A program made the position numbers and the translations under genes. Below, piece by piece: positions 56,164 to 64,000 of a DNA stretch of 64,000 nucleotides. The DNA is taken from NCBI GenBank assembly GCA_016215325.1, contig JACRJV010000003.1, positions 36,191 through 100,190 of the forward strand, in the 5' to 3' direction. Source of the stretch: Candidatus Uhrbacteria bacterium (GTDB taxonomy: Bacteria > Patescibacteriota > Patescibacteriia > JACRJV01). Under the pieces are notes generated by a model. The model saw nothing but the letters and a program-made list of their open reading frames with translations. It ran no database searches and was not told the DNA's origin. Position 1 is the stretch's first letter. Each line of letters begins with the position of its first letter.

Positions 56164-57558
56164 ATGTTGATTCGTTCCAAACCATTCGTCCGCCCATTGA
56201 TTGTTCTCGTCGGCAGAACAAATGTTGGCAAATCCACGCTCTATAATCGACTCACACAGCGTGGACAATCTATTGTCTCCGCCATCCCCGCTACAACGCG
56301 GGATATTTTATTCGGGACGTGCCATTGGCAAGGGCGGTTGGCAACAATTGTCGACACGGGCGGACTTTCGTATGCGCCAAATACAACAAGTCACTTCAAA
56401 CGTGCTCGCGAGCGCGAACGGATCGCAGATCCATTCTTGTCCGCTGTACAGACCAAGGTCTTAGACGTGATCGCCATAGCTGATCATGTCTGCTTAGTCG
56501 TCGATGCCATGGAGGGATTGACCGCTGCCGACCAACAATGGGCGCAATACCTCAAGGGACGCACTATACCCCTGACTGCAATTGTAAACAAAGCCGACCG
56601 TTTATCGGCCCGTTATAACGCAGCAGAATTTACCAAATTAGGCATCCCGAATTGTTTTGCTGTTTCCGGCACCAATGGCAGCGGCCTGGGTGATTTGCTC
56701 GATCATTTGCTCAACGCACCAACCGAGTCAATCGACGACCAACAAGCTCCATCGGTCGCGATTGTTGGCAAACCGAATGTCGGGAAATCAACATTATATA
56801 ACGCATTGATTGGACGCGATGAATCAATTGTTTCCCCGCTGCCGCACACCACTCGGGAACCTCACCGTCGGCGAGCATTGTTCGATGAATGGGAGGTCGA
56901 TATTATTGATACTGTTGGATTGAGGAAAAAATCAAAACAAGAATTCCATCTTGAAAAAATTGGCGCGCAAAAAACACTAGCCACCCTTACAACTGCTCAC
57001 GTGGTGCTCCTGGTGATCGATCCCTTTGACGAAGGAATCTCCAACCAGGACCAAGATCTCGGCCGGATGATCCAAGAGCGCAACCTTGCCACCATCATTG
57101 TCGTTAATAAATCGGACCATCGGCACGCAGCGCTTCACCCGTCGACCATAGAGCAAAAAATCCGCCGGCTCTTCCCCCACCTTTCCTTTGCGCCGCTGCT
57201 GCTTATCTCTGCACAGGAAAAGAAAGGTATTGGAGCGCTTGCCAACATGATCAAACGCGTCCACGCCAATTACACGCGAACGGTCGACGATGAAACGCTG
57301 GGCAACATTCTTTCCAGCCTTGTCCTCTTCCCCTCGGCATCAAAACAAAAACGCCCAAGCGGTATCCGCCTGAAGGCCGTGGGTGCCAATCCCCCCGAAT
57401 TCCTGTTGATGCAGCGCAAAAAAACCAAAACCCCCATTGCCATTATTAACATTATTGAAACCCGCTTGCGCCAACAACTAGACCTCTTGGGGACACCCAT
57501 CAAGATCCATGTTCGCCGACCCGTCGGCAGCCACCGTCACGAGAGAGGTCAAGAATAA
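56164..57558 (+). CDS. der: Ribosome-associated GTPase Der (EngA), tandem G domains + KH-like domain
   Basis: Two P-loops (GRTNVGKST, GKPNVGKST) with DTGG/DTVG motifs. Confidence 0.9.
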   Translation: MLIRSKPFVRPLIVLVGRTNVGKSTLYNRLTQRGQSIVSAIPATTRDILFGTCHWQGRLATIVDTGGLSYAPNTTSHFKRARERERIADPFLSAVQTKVLDVIAIADHVCLVVDAMEGLTAADQQWAQYLKGRTIPLTAIVNKADRLSARYNAAEFTKLGIPNCFAVSGTNGSGLGDLLDHLLNAPTESIDDQQAPSVAIVGKPNVGKSTLYNALIGRDESIVSPLPHTTREPHRRRALFDEWEVDIIDTVGLRKKSKQEFHLEKIGAQKTLATLTTAHVVLLVIDPFDEGISNQDQDLGRMIQERNLATIIVVNKSDHRHAALHPSTIEQKIRRLFPHLSFAPLLLISAQEKKGIGALANMIKRVHANYTRTVDDETLGNILSSLVLFPSASKQKRPSGIRLKAVGANPPEFLLMQRKKTKTPIAIINIIETRLRQQLDLLGTPIKIHVRRPVGSHRHERGQE

Positions 57559-57577
57559 CATACAACCTCAATTCTCT

Positions 57578-59143
57578 ATGATGAAACCTTTTTCAGTGCC
57601 TCGCGGCGTTGTCGATATGCTCACCGTTGCCTTTGGGAGCTTCTGTTTGATGGTGATTGAGCTCATTGCCGGGCGCATCATGGCGCCCACGCTGGGGGTT
57701 TCGATTTATACATGGACTAGCATCATCGCCGTCATCCTCGCCGGTATTACCCTTGGCAATGCAGCGGGAGGGATGGTCGCCGACCGTGCGGGATCGCGGT
57801 CAACCCTCGGCAAAATCTTTATTGTTTCGGGCCTCGCCACGCTCATGATTGTCTATACCGGTCGCACCATGGACCGATACTTTGCCGGCAGCATGGAATC
57901 TCTGCTATTTAGCACACTCTATTATTCCATCATGGTATTCCTTCCGCCTGCGTTTTTCTTAAGTTTTGTCACGCCAATGGTGGTTAAGCTCGCGCTCACC
58001 GACCTTGCAAAAACCGGTACAACGGTGGGACGGCTCTATGCGTCCAGTGCAGCAGGTTCGATCTTGGGTACGGTGATGACGGGATATTTTTTTATCGAAT
58101 GGTTCGGGACCACCGCGATTGCCAATGGCATTGCGCTGTCGCTGGTGGTTGTGGGGCTCCTCCACCTTGGCAATGTGCAATTGCTCAAAAGCCGGAGTTT
58201 CCCGCTCGTCCTGCTGTTGTTCCTCGGCTCATGGGCGCTCCCAAGCTCCTGCACCCGAGAAAGTCAGTATTATTGCATTATCATAAAACCATGGGAACTG
58301 CCGGGCGGTAGCACTGGCAGCATTGTTCGACTCGATCATCTTGTCTATAGCTTTCTCCTGCCGGATGATCGAACAGGGGTCGCAATGCTCGGCTATAGCT
58401 ACGAACGAGCATTCGCACAATTGGTGGCAATGGAGCAAACAACTGCGGATCCCTTCCGAGCATTTTATATTGGCGGCGGCGGATATGTCGGGCCACGCTA
58501 CTTTACTGCCGTCTATCCCAACAGCGACAACACTGTTTCAGAGATTGATCCCGTTGTGACCCAAGTGAACAAAGATTTGCTTTCTCTGCCCACAAGCGAG
58601 CGGCTACGCACAGTTAACCAAGATGCCCGAATAGCGTTGAAACAAATGTCCCCAGAAACAAAGTATGACTACATTTTTGGGGATGCGTTTAATGATTTCG
58701 CGGTTCCGTACCACTTGACGACCCGAGAATTTAACCAGTTGGTCAAAGCTCACCTTACCCCCGACGGCTGGTACGCACTGAACGTGATCGACGATCCACG
58801 TTCTGGACGATTTGTTTCTTCCATTGTGAAGACGTTGGAACAAGATTTCAGCAATGTCACTCTCATGCCAGATCCGAGTCAGGCGCCAATCAATCATCGC
58901 ACAACATTTGTGGTGCTTGCGTCGGATGCTGCGTTAGACCGCGAACGTTGGAACAAGGCGAAATTACCGGTCGAAATCCCAGACATGGTGGCCAACACCA
59001 CGACAGGGACGAGTTCAGAAACAATGATGCTTTCCGATCCCAAAGGGCTCAATGCGTGGATCGCTCAAAAAAACGCAATCGTGTTAACAGACAATTTCGT
59101 CCCGGTTGATACCATGGTGGCTCCGCTATTTACAAGGCGGTAA
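57578..59143 (+). CDS. Membrane-fused spermidine synthase-like (polyamine aminopropyltransferase family) protein
   Basis: N-terminal ~7-TM domain then SpeE-like SAM fold with IGGGGY and FDFxD-like motifs; start moved to MMKPFSV to clear der. Confidence 0.6.
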   Translation: MMKPFSVPRGVVDMLTVAFGSFCLMVIELIAGRIMAPTLGVSIYTWTSIIAVILAGITLGNAAGGMVADRAGSRSTLGKIFIVSGLATLMIVYTGRTMDRYFAGSMESLLFSTLYYSIMVFLPPAFFLSFVTPMVVKLALTDLAKTGTTVGRLYASSAAGSILGTVMTGYFFIEWFGTTAIANGIALSLVVVGLLHLGNVQLLKSRSFPLVLLLFLGSWALPSSCTRESQYYCIIIKPWELPGGSTGSIVRLDHLVYSFLLPDDRTGVAMLGYSYERAFAQLVAMEQTTADPFRAFYIGGGGYVGPRYFTAVYPNSDNTVSEIDPVVTQVNKDLLSLPTSERLRTVNQDARIALKQMSPETKYDYIFGDAFNDFAVPYHLTTREFNQLVKAHLTPDGWYALNVIDDPRSGRFVSSIVKTLEQDFSNVTLMPDPSQAPINHRTTFVVLASDAALDRERWNKAKLPVEIPDMVANTTTGTSSETMMLSDPKGLNAWIAQKNAIVLTDNFVPVDTMVAPLFTRR

Positions 59144-59154
59144 ATACTCTTTAT

Positions 59155-59739
59155 ATGCACGTTATCGTCGGTTTGGGCAACCCGGGGAAAGAATATGCAT
59201 TCACGCGCCACAACGTTGGCTGGTTGGCGCTCGACAAAATTTCTCATGACCGATGGAAATTGGATAAACGCGCGAACGCGGAAACGTTAAAAGTTTCGGT
59301 CGGAGATACGCCCGTTCTGTTGGTGAAGCCGCAAACCTTCATGAACAATTCCGGTGTGGCGGCACAATCAATAATAAATACCTACAGGCGACAAACTACA
59401 ATCGACAAGCTCGTCGTCATCCACGACGACATCGACCTCGCGCTCGGAACGATCCGTGTGAGCCACGGGAGTTCCTCGGGGGGGCACAAAGGAGTGCGAT
59501 CGATTATCAATCACTTGGACACAAGGAATTTTTGGAGAGTACGCATTGGAATCCGATCAATGCAAATATCAGATATCAGATATCAAATATCAGATCGGAT
59601 TGATACGCCTGATTTTGTGCTTAATAAATTTTCAAAAGAAGAACAGAGGTTTTTACCCAACATTTTAGAAAATGTCGTTACGATTGTTGAGGAGATGCTC
59701 ACGAAAAAACCTTCGGTAAAGACGGTACATGTCCGATAA
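59155..59739 (+). CDS. pth: Peptidyl-tRNA hydrolase (with in-frame repeat-encoded loop insertion)
   Basis: VIVGLGNPGKEYAFTRHNVGW signature; internal TATCAGA x4 heptamer tandem repeat at 59567-59594. Confidence 0.9.
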   Translation: MHVIVGLGNPGKEYAFTRHNVGWLALDKISHDRWKLDKRANAETLKVSVGDTPVLLVKPQTFMNNSGVAAQSIINTYRRQTTIDKLVVIHDDIDLALGTIRVSHGSSSGGHKGVRSIINHLDTRNFWRVRIGIRSMQISDIRYQISDRIDTPDFVLNKFSKEEQRFLPNILENVVTIVEEMLTKKPSVKTVHVR

Positions 59740-59742
59740 GGG

Positions 59743-59805
59743 TGTATACAAAAAAACTTCCGGCTGGATGGGTAGAAACCATAGCCGGGAGTTCTTTTGT
59801 ATACT
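59743..59805. terminator. Bidirectional terminator-like hairpin between convergent pth and hypothetical gene
   Basis: GTATACAAAAAAACTTCCGGC ... GCCGGGAGTTCTTTTGTATAC, ~21-bp stem (2 mismatches) with A/T runs at both bases. Confidence 0.5.
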
Positions 59806-59821
59806 AACCAAATGCCAGATG

Positions 59822-60460
59822 TTATTCCTTCGGTAAATATCTTCCGCGATTATCCTCCGATCCCGCTATGGCAACCCACTTCGCGATAATACCTAACAGC
59901 TTTTTCTGTCGCTCAATATAGGCGGCAAACTCTTTCTTGCGTTGATCAGAGGTCTTTTTATCTTTTGGTGCCCGGTAATCATCATCGTGATACCCTGCAG
60001 CAAGGGTATTCCGCGCTTTATCAACAGAGTTAATAAATTCCCGGAGTGCGCTCATGAAAAATTGATCACCCCCATGCTTTTTTGCTCCGGCAATGAATTC
60101 TTTGTTCATGTTTTCAATTCGTTCCATCAACTCTTGGGTTCTGGCTTCCCTCTGGTCAATCTCAGAAAAACCGAGACGCGCGCAGGCCTTATCGATATCA
60201 GAGCAGTAGCGATGGAGCCCAATGTCGCGAATATGACCAACTCCTTTTTCGACCGTCTTTAATTCTGCTGCGATAGCGGGCTGACGATCGAATGGGGTTT
60301 CGGGGTTCGATTGCGTCATTACTTCTGCATACGCATTCTGCATCGAAACCAAAGCACTAAATCCAACTATTATTTTGGCACTTTGGACCTTCTCCCGCAG
60401 CGCCTGCATAAAAGATTTTCCTTCATCATTCTCAACGCTGCCCGATTGTTCAAATTTCAT
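59822..60460 (-). CDS. Hypothetical protein (212 aa, charged, no recognised domain)
   Basis: Clean ORF with ATG start; no SD; internal hydrophobic segment AKIIVGFSALVSMQNAYA near N-terminus. Confidence 0.4.
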   Translation of the reverse strand: MKFEQSGSVENDEGKSFMQALREKVQSAKIIVGFSALVSMQNAYAEVMTQSNPETPFDRQPAIAAELKTVEKGVGHIRDIGLHRYCSDIDKACARLGFSEIDQREARTQELMERIENMNKEFIAGAKKHGGDQFFMSALREFINSVDKARNTLAAGYHDDDYRAPKDKKTSDQRKKEFAAYIERQKKLLGIIAKWVAIAGSEDNRGRYLPKE

Positions 60461-60619
60461 AATAAATAAAGATTAATGAAGATGACCTGGGGTTCGCCCC
60501 AGAGAGCTGGCCGACCGGTGGCAGGAACGTACCCAATGCTGGGACACTCCTACACTTGCGGGATAGGGCTAAGGAGGGGTTGCCCGCACCCTACCTTCGG
60601 ACAGCGCACTAAGGCGAAT

Positions 60620-60656
60620 AAGAAAAAAGCAAATTGTGCGCGCCGCTGCGCGCTCC
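60620..60656 (-). terminator. Rho-independent terminator downstream of secF
   Basis: Minus strand GCGCGC-AGCG-GCGCGC followed by ACAATTTGCTTTTTTCTTATT. Confidence 0.5.
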
Positions 60657-60683
60657 GAAATTTTACACTTTGCGCTTTGAGCT

Positions 60684-61616
60684 TTACATTTTTCGTCGTT
60701 GTTCCCACTCCTGCCACGCCACGAGCAATGGGCTGGCGATAAAAATGGAGCTGTAGGTCCCAAAGAATACGCCGATCAATAAGGTCAAAATAAAGTCTCG
60801 AATCGTTTCACCGCCAAAGAACAGTGTTGTCGCAAGAATAATCAATAACGTGACAGAGGTGTTGATGGAGCGAATAAACGTTTCGTTGACACTGCGGTTG
60901 ACCACCTCTGCAAACGCCAGGTTGCGATGCTTTAGTAAATTCTCCCGGGTTCGATCAAATACCACAATGGTATCATGGACCGAAAAGCCTAAGATGGTCA
61001 ACAAGGCAACAACCAGGAGGGCATTGGCCTCGTAGCCATAGAGGCGCCCCATGAGTGCAAACGCGCCCGTCGGAATGATTACGTCGTGCAACAACGCAAC
61101 AATCGTTGCCACGCCGTATTTCCAGCTCTTCACTGGGTACGAGACTTTACGGAATGACCAAGTGATGAGCAACACAATGCCGATGATCGCAAAGATGATC
61201 GCCCAAATCGTTTTGCGCCGGAGTTCGCTGCCAATAATAGGCCCGACCGTTTCAAACTGATCTTCTGTGACACGAGGGTTTTTGGGATCCTGCCCGGGGA
61301 ACGTTTTTTGAAGCGCGGGCAACACTTGATCATGTTCAGTGCTCGTCAGTGGCCGAGTGCGCAACGTAAACGAATTGTCCCCCACCGGGCTTATCGAGAT
61401 CGTATCAAGGTTTAATCCGCCCAGTGCATCATGGGTCGCTTGAACGTTGGGCCGCTCTCCGACGAAGCTCACTTCTATCGCGGTCCCGCCGGTAAAATCA
61501 ATACCAGGCTTCAGCCCCCACAGCAGCAACGCAATAATGCTGGCCACAACTAATGCCCCCGAAATCATGAAATAAATTTTTCGATGGGAAATGATGGGAA
61601 ACGTCATACCATTCAT
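60684..61616 (-). CDS. secF: Protein translocase subunit SecF
   Basis: GIDFTGG and 6-TM topology characteristic of SecF; directly downstream of secD. Confidence 0.9.
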   Translation of the reverse strand: MNGMTFPIISHRKIYFMISGALVVASIIALLLWGLKPGIDFTGGTAIEVSFVGERPNVQATHDALGGLNLDTISISPVGDNSFTLRTRPLTSTEHDQVLPALQKTFPGQDPKNPRVTEDQFETVGPIIGSELRRKTIWAIIFAIIGIVLLITWSFRKVSYPVKSWKYGVATIVALLHDVIIPTGAFALMGRLYGYEANALLVVALLTILGFSVHDTIVVFDRTRENLLKHRNLAFAEVVNRSVNETFIRSINTSVTLLIILATTLFFGGETIRDFILTLLIGVFFGTYSSIFIASPLLVAWQEWEQRRKM

Positions 61617-63761
61617 TTATTGGTTTATTGGTTTATTGACGCGGGCAAACATCCAATGGTGTCTTTGCACCCAGGGTAAAATCCATTTGAGCAGTGTCCG
61701 AGTGACCGTAATAGCGGAAAATAAACTTACGATAATGCCCAACGCCAAGGTAATAGCAAACCCTTTAATATTACTTGAGCTAAACGTATAGAGAATAACA
61801 CAGGTGATCAAACTCGATGCGTTTGAATCTCGGATCGAGGTCCAAGCGCGCCCAAACCCTTCGCGCAAGGCTTCAGTCAACGGTTTACCCCATCGCAATT
61901 CTTCTTTCATGCGCTCGAAAATCAGAATATTTGCATCAACGGCCATTCCGATAGACAGCAGCACACCTGCGATACCCGCAAATGTCAAGGTAATTCCCGC
62001 AATCTTAAATACACTCAACAATACTGCCGTGTAGAGGAGGAGGGCGCCACTGGCGAGCACGCCAGGCAATCGGTAGAGCAGAATCATAAACAGGATGATC
62101 GCGATCACACCGTATATCCCTGCTTTCAAACTCTTTGCGATAGATTCTGCCCCCAAGCTTGCTCCCACAATTTGCTGATTGAGCAAGTTGATTGGCACGG
62201 GCAATGCTCCGGCATTCAACCGTTGCGCCAATAATTTTGCTTCGGGCACAGTGAAGCTGCCCGTGATGACCGCTCGCCCCCCATCGATTTGCGATTGCAC
62301 CCGCGGAACACTAATGGGGCTGCCATCTAAAAAGATGGCGATGGGTTTGCCGATATTGCGCTTCGTGAGCTCGGAGAATAATTTCCCACCCTCATCATCA
62401 AATTGAATGCTCACTGTGGGCTCCCCGGTATTGGGGTCGAACTCTACTGCCGCTTTCTCTAACTGCTTCCCGCCGAGACCGGTATATTGGAAATCATCTT
62501 GTGGCCCTAAGATGTCTTCTTTCAAGGTCTTTCGTGTTGTGATGCGATACAAATGATACTCCGGCGTCTTCGAAGTCACCAAGCGTTCACCAGTTTTATA
62601 AATCAAATGGAACCCGAAGTCTGTTTCTACGGGCCCCACAATAGAGCCCACCGAGGCCTCAAAGGCGGCATCCTCAAACGGTTTGGTCATGGCGCCCACG
62701 CCAAAAAAATCTAAATCTCCACCGTTGGTCTTGGCGGTGGGATCCGTAGAGTTTTCTTTTGCTAAATCTGCAAAGTTGTCTTTAGTTGCCTTGGATTTGA
62801 GTTCTTCGATTTTTTTATCGGCTTCGGCACGGGTTGACTTGCTCTCACAGCGTTGCTTGCCTTCAAAGCAAACCAACAAGTGGCTCGCTCGCACTTCTTT
62901 GACTTTATTATTGACCGATTCGACCCGCACAACATTGTAAGCGTCAGCAGTTTCCACGACCCGCGGGAAGATGTATGGCGGTTTTTGCGGAGATGACTTT
63001 ATCGCTTTGACAAGATCGCCCAGTTGCGGATTGTCTTCTTTCACAAGACCTAAATCCCCCTTGGCGGTGACGACGCCGATCCCTTCGTTTTTGGCTTCAA
63101 ATACTGTTGTAAAATCGGCTCCGGGCTTGAGCGCCTCTTTGAGGATCTCATCGGCTCGCTTCTTGGCCTCTGCGTTTTTCTGTTCAATTTCTTTCTTCTG
63201 CTGCTCGGTAAGTTCTGTGGCGGGGTTCGGGTTCTGTTCTTTGAATTCGAGCAGCGGCGTCTCGCCAATGAGTTTAATAGCTTGATTAATATCTTGGATG
63301 CCAGCGAGCTCCACAATCACCCGCCAATGATCGCCGACTTTCGCCGTTTGGATCAATGGTTCCGCAACGCCAAAGGCATTCACGCGACGTTCGATCACGT
63401 CGCGCACGCCATCGAGTGCCGATGACTGTTCGTTGCCAGGGACCTTGGACACATCGGCCTCATAAACGAGCCGTGTCCCCCCCTTGAGATCCAACCCCAA
63501 ACGATATGGTGTGTCAGGGAACTTCTTCCAAGGCCATGCAATATTGTCGAGGACCCAATTCCCCTGTTGTGGCGCGGCGTAACCGGCAGAAAGAACGAAT
63601 AGCACCGCTAATGCGGCGACGGCCCACCAAATGCGGGCGCGAGGGGTATGGAAAAGGCTTGAAAATCCTTTGGAAGCGGAAGAGAATCGACTTGCCATAT
63701 TCACTTCACTAAGTTGCCAAACAATGGGACTAGTATACGCCGAAAATTGCGGCTGCGTCAA
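61617..63761 (-). CDS. secD: Protein translocase subunit SecD carrying an inserted parvulin-type PPIase domain
   Basis: SecD TM/P1 architecture plus internal segment VRASHLLV...GGDLDFFGVGAMTKPFEDAAFEASVGSIVGPVETDFGFHLI matching the PpiC/parvulin rotamase signature; 714 aa. Confidence 0.8.
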   Translation of the reverse strand: MTQPQFSAYTSPIVWQLSEVNMASRFSSASKGFSSLFHTPRARIWWAVAALAVLFVLSAGYAAPQQGNWVLDNIAWPWKKFPDTPYRLGLDLKGGTRLVYEADVSKVPGNEQSSALDGVRDVIERRVNAFGVAEPLIQTAKVGDHWRVIVELAGIQDINQAIKLIGETPLLEFKEQNPNPATELTEQQKKEIEQKNAEAKKRADEILKEALKPGADFTTVFEAKNEGIGVVTAKGDLGLVKEDNPQLGDLVKAIKSSPQKPPYIFPRVVETADAYNVVRVESVNNKVKEVRASHLLVCFEGKQRCESKSTRAEADKKIEELKSKATKDNFADLAKENSTDPTAKTNGGDLDFFGVGAMTKPFEDAAFEASVGSIVGPVETDFGFHLIYKTGERLVTSKTPEYHLYRITTRKTLKEDILGPQDDFQYTGLGGKQLEKAAVEFDPNTGEPTVSIQFDDEGGKLFSELTKRNIGKPIAIFLDGSPISVPRVQSQIDGGRAVITGSFTVPEAKLLAQRLNAGALPVPINLLNQQIVGASLGAESIAKSLKAGIYGVIAIILFMILLYRLPGVLASGALLLYTAVLLSVFKIAGITLTFAGIAGVLLSIGMAVDANILIFERMKEELRWGKPLTEALREGFGRAWTSIRDSNASSLITCVILYTFSSSNIKGFAITLALGIIVSLFSAITVTRTLLKWILPWVQRHHWMFARVNKPINQ

Positions 63762-63776
63762 CCGCTTATTCGTTGA

Positions 63777-64000
63777 TTAGTTGACAACGGTCTTGTGAGT
63801 ATCGAGGTATCGCTCAATCGTATCCAGCATCTTATGGTACCCGGCATCCGAAAGATTATATATAAAATCATCATGGAACCCTTTTTTTACATTCGTCCCC
63901 GCATCCAGTACTCGATATTTCCCCTTAAACGATTCTAACGAAATTCGCCCTCCTCCATTGACATATGCCGCGTCGTAAAAGCTTTGAAAAGCATCCTTGA
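63777..64000 (-). CDS. Partial CDS (C-terminal 73 codons, 5' end outside window), unassigned
   Basis: Open frame to window edge ending ...DTIERYLDTHKTVVN*, 15 nt upstream of secD start. Confidence 0.3.
   Translation of the reverse strand, partial: KDAFQSFYDAAYVNGGGRISLESFKGKYRVLDAGTNVKKGFHDDFIYNLSDAGYHKMLDTIERYLDTHKTVVN

Noticed and set aside
60476-60742. 88-aa plus-strand ORF in the secF-hypothetical spacer
   Set aside because: Covers the GC-rich structured tract and the secF terminator; no start context or family resemblance; treated as non-coding.

Overview
The window is a compact, almost entirely minus-strand region from a small-genome bacterium. Canonical AGGAGG Shine-Dalgarno sites are used, and an LCP (LytR/CpsA/Psr) transferase plus DgkA point to a monoderm-type envelope. 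Coordinates 85-31935 hold a large cell-surface glycan island. Its core is a pseudaminic-acid-type nonulosonic acid pathway: PseB, a PseC-like aminotransferase fused to an RmlD-like reductase, PseG, PseI/NeuB and the CMP-transferase PseF. Around it sit UDP-sugar enzymes (Ugd, a UDP-GlcA 4-epimerase, a WecC/WbpA-type dehydrogenase, RmlC, RmlD, a GalE-like epimerase) and an unusually rich tailoring set. The tailoring set has an FkbH-like glyceryl-ACP loader, a stand-alone ACP and AcpS, a MaoC dehydratase, an SDR reductase, an HMGL-like aldolase fusion, a class-III aminotransferase, an aldo/keto reductase, an ATP-grasp ligase, a FemAB-like transferase, a GNAT, a CE4 deacetylase, two methyltransferases and adenosylhomocysteinase. 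Downstream come housekeeping genes: prfB with its +1 frameshift site, htrA, ftsZ, ftsA, dgkA, ybeY, rpsU, a HIT protein, hisS, lepB, tRNA-Val, an LCP gene, der, a membrane-fused SpeE-like protein, pth, and secD/secF. A 3435-aa giant surface protein (IPT/TIG domains, Myxococcus-type Cys-rich repeats, an Fn3-like repeat array) is flanked by two membrane-protein genes of unknown function. SecD carries a parvulin-type PPIase insertion. Non-coding features are three copies of a ~95-bp hairpin repeat around rmlC/rmlD, a conserved ~75-nt motif upstream of dgkA and rpsU, a 151-nt element with perfect 21-bp terminal inverted repeats, a prfB +1 frameshift site, a 7-nt tandem repeat inside pth, and several terminator-like hairpins. 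No transposase, integrase or CRISPR array was seen.
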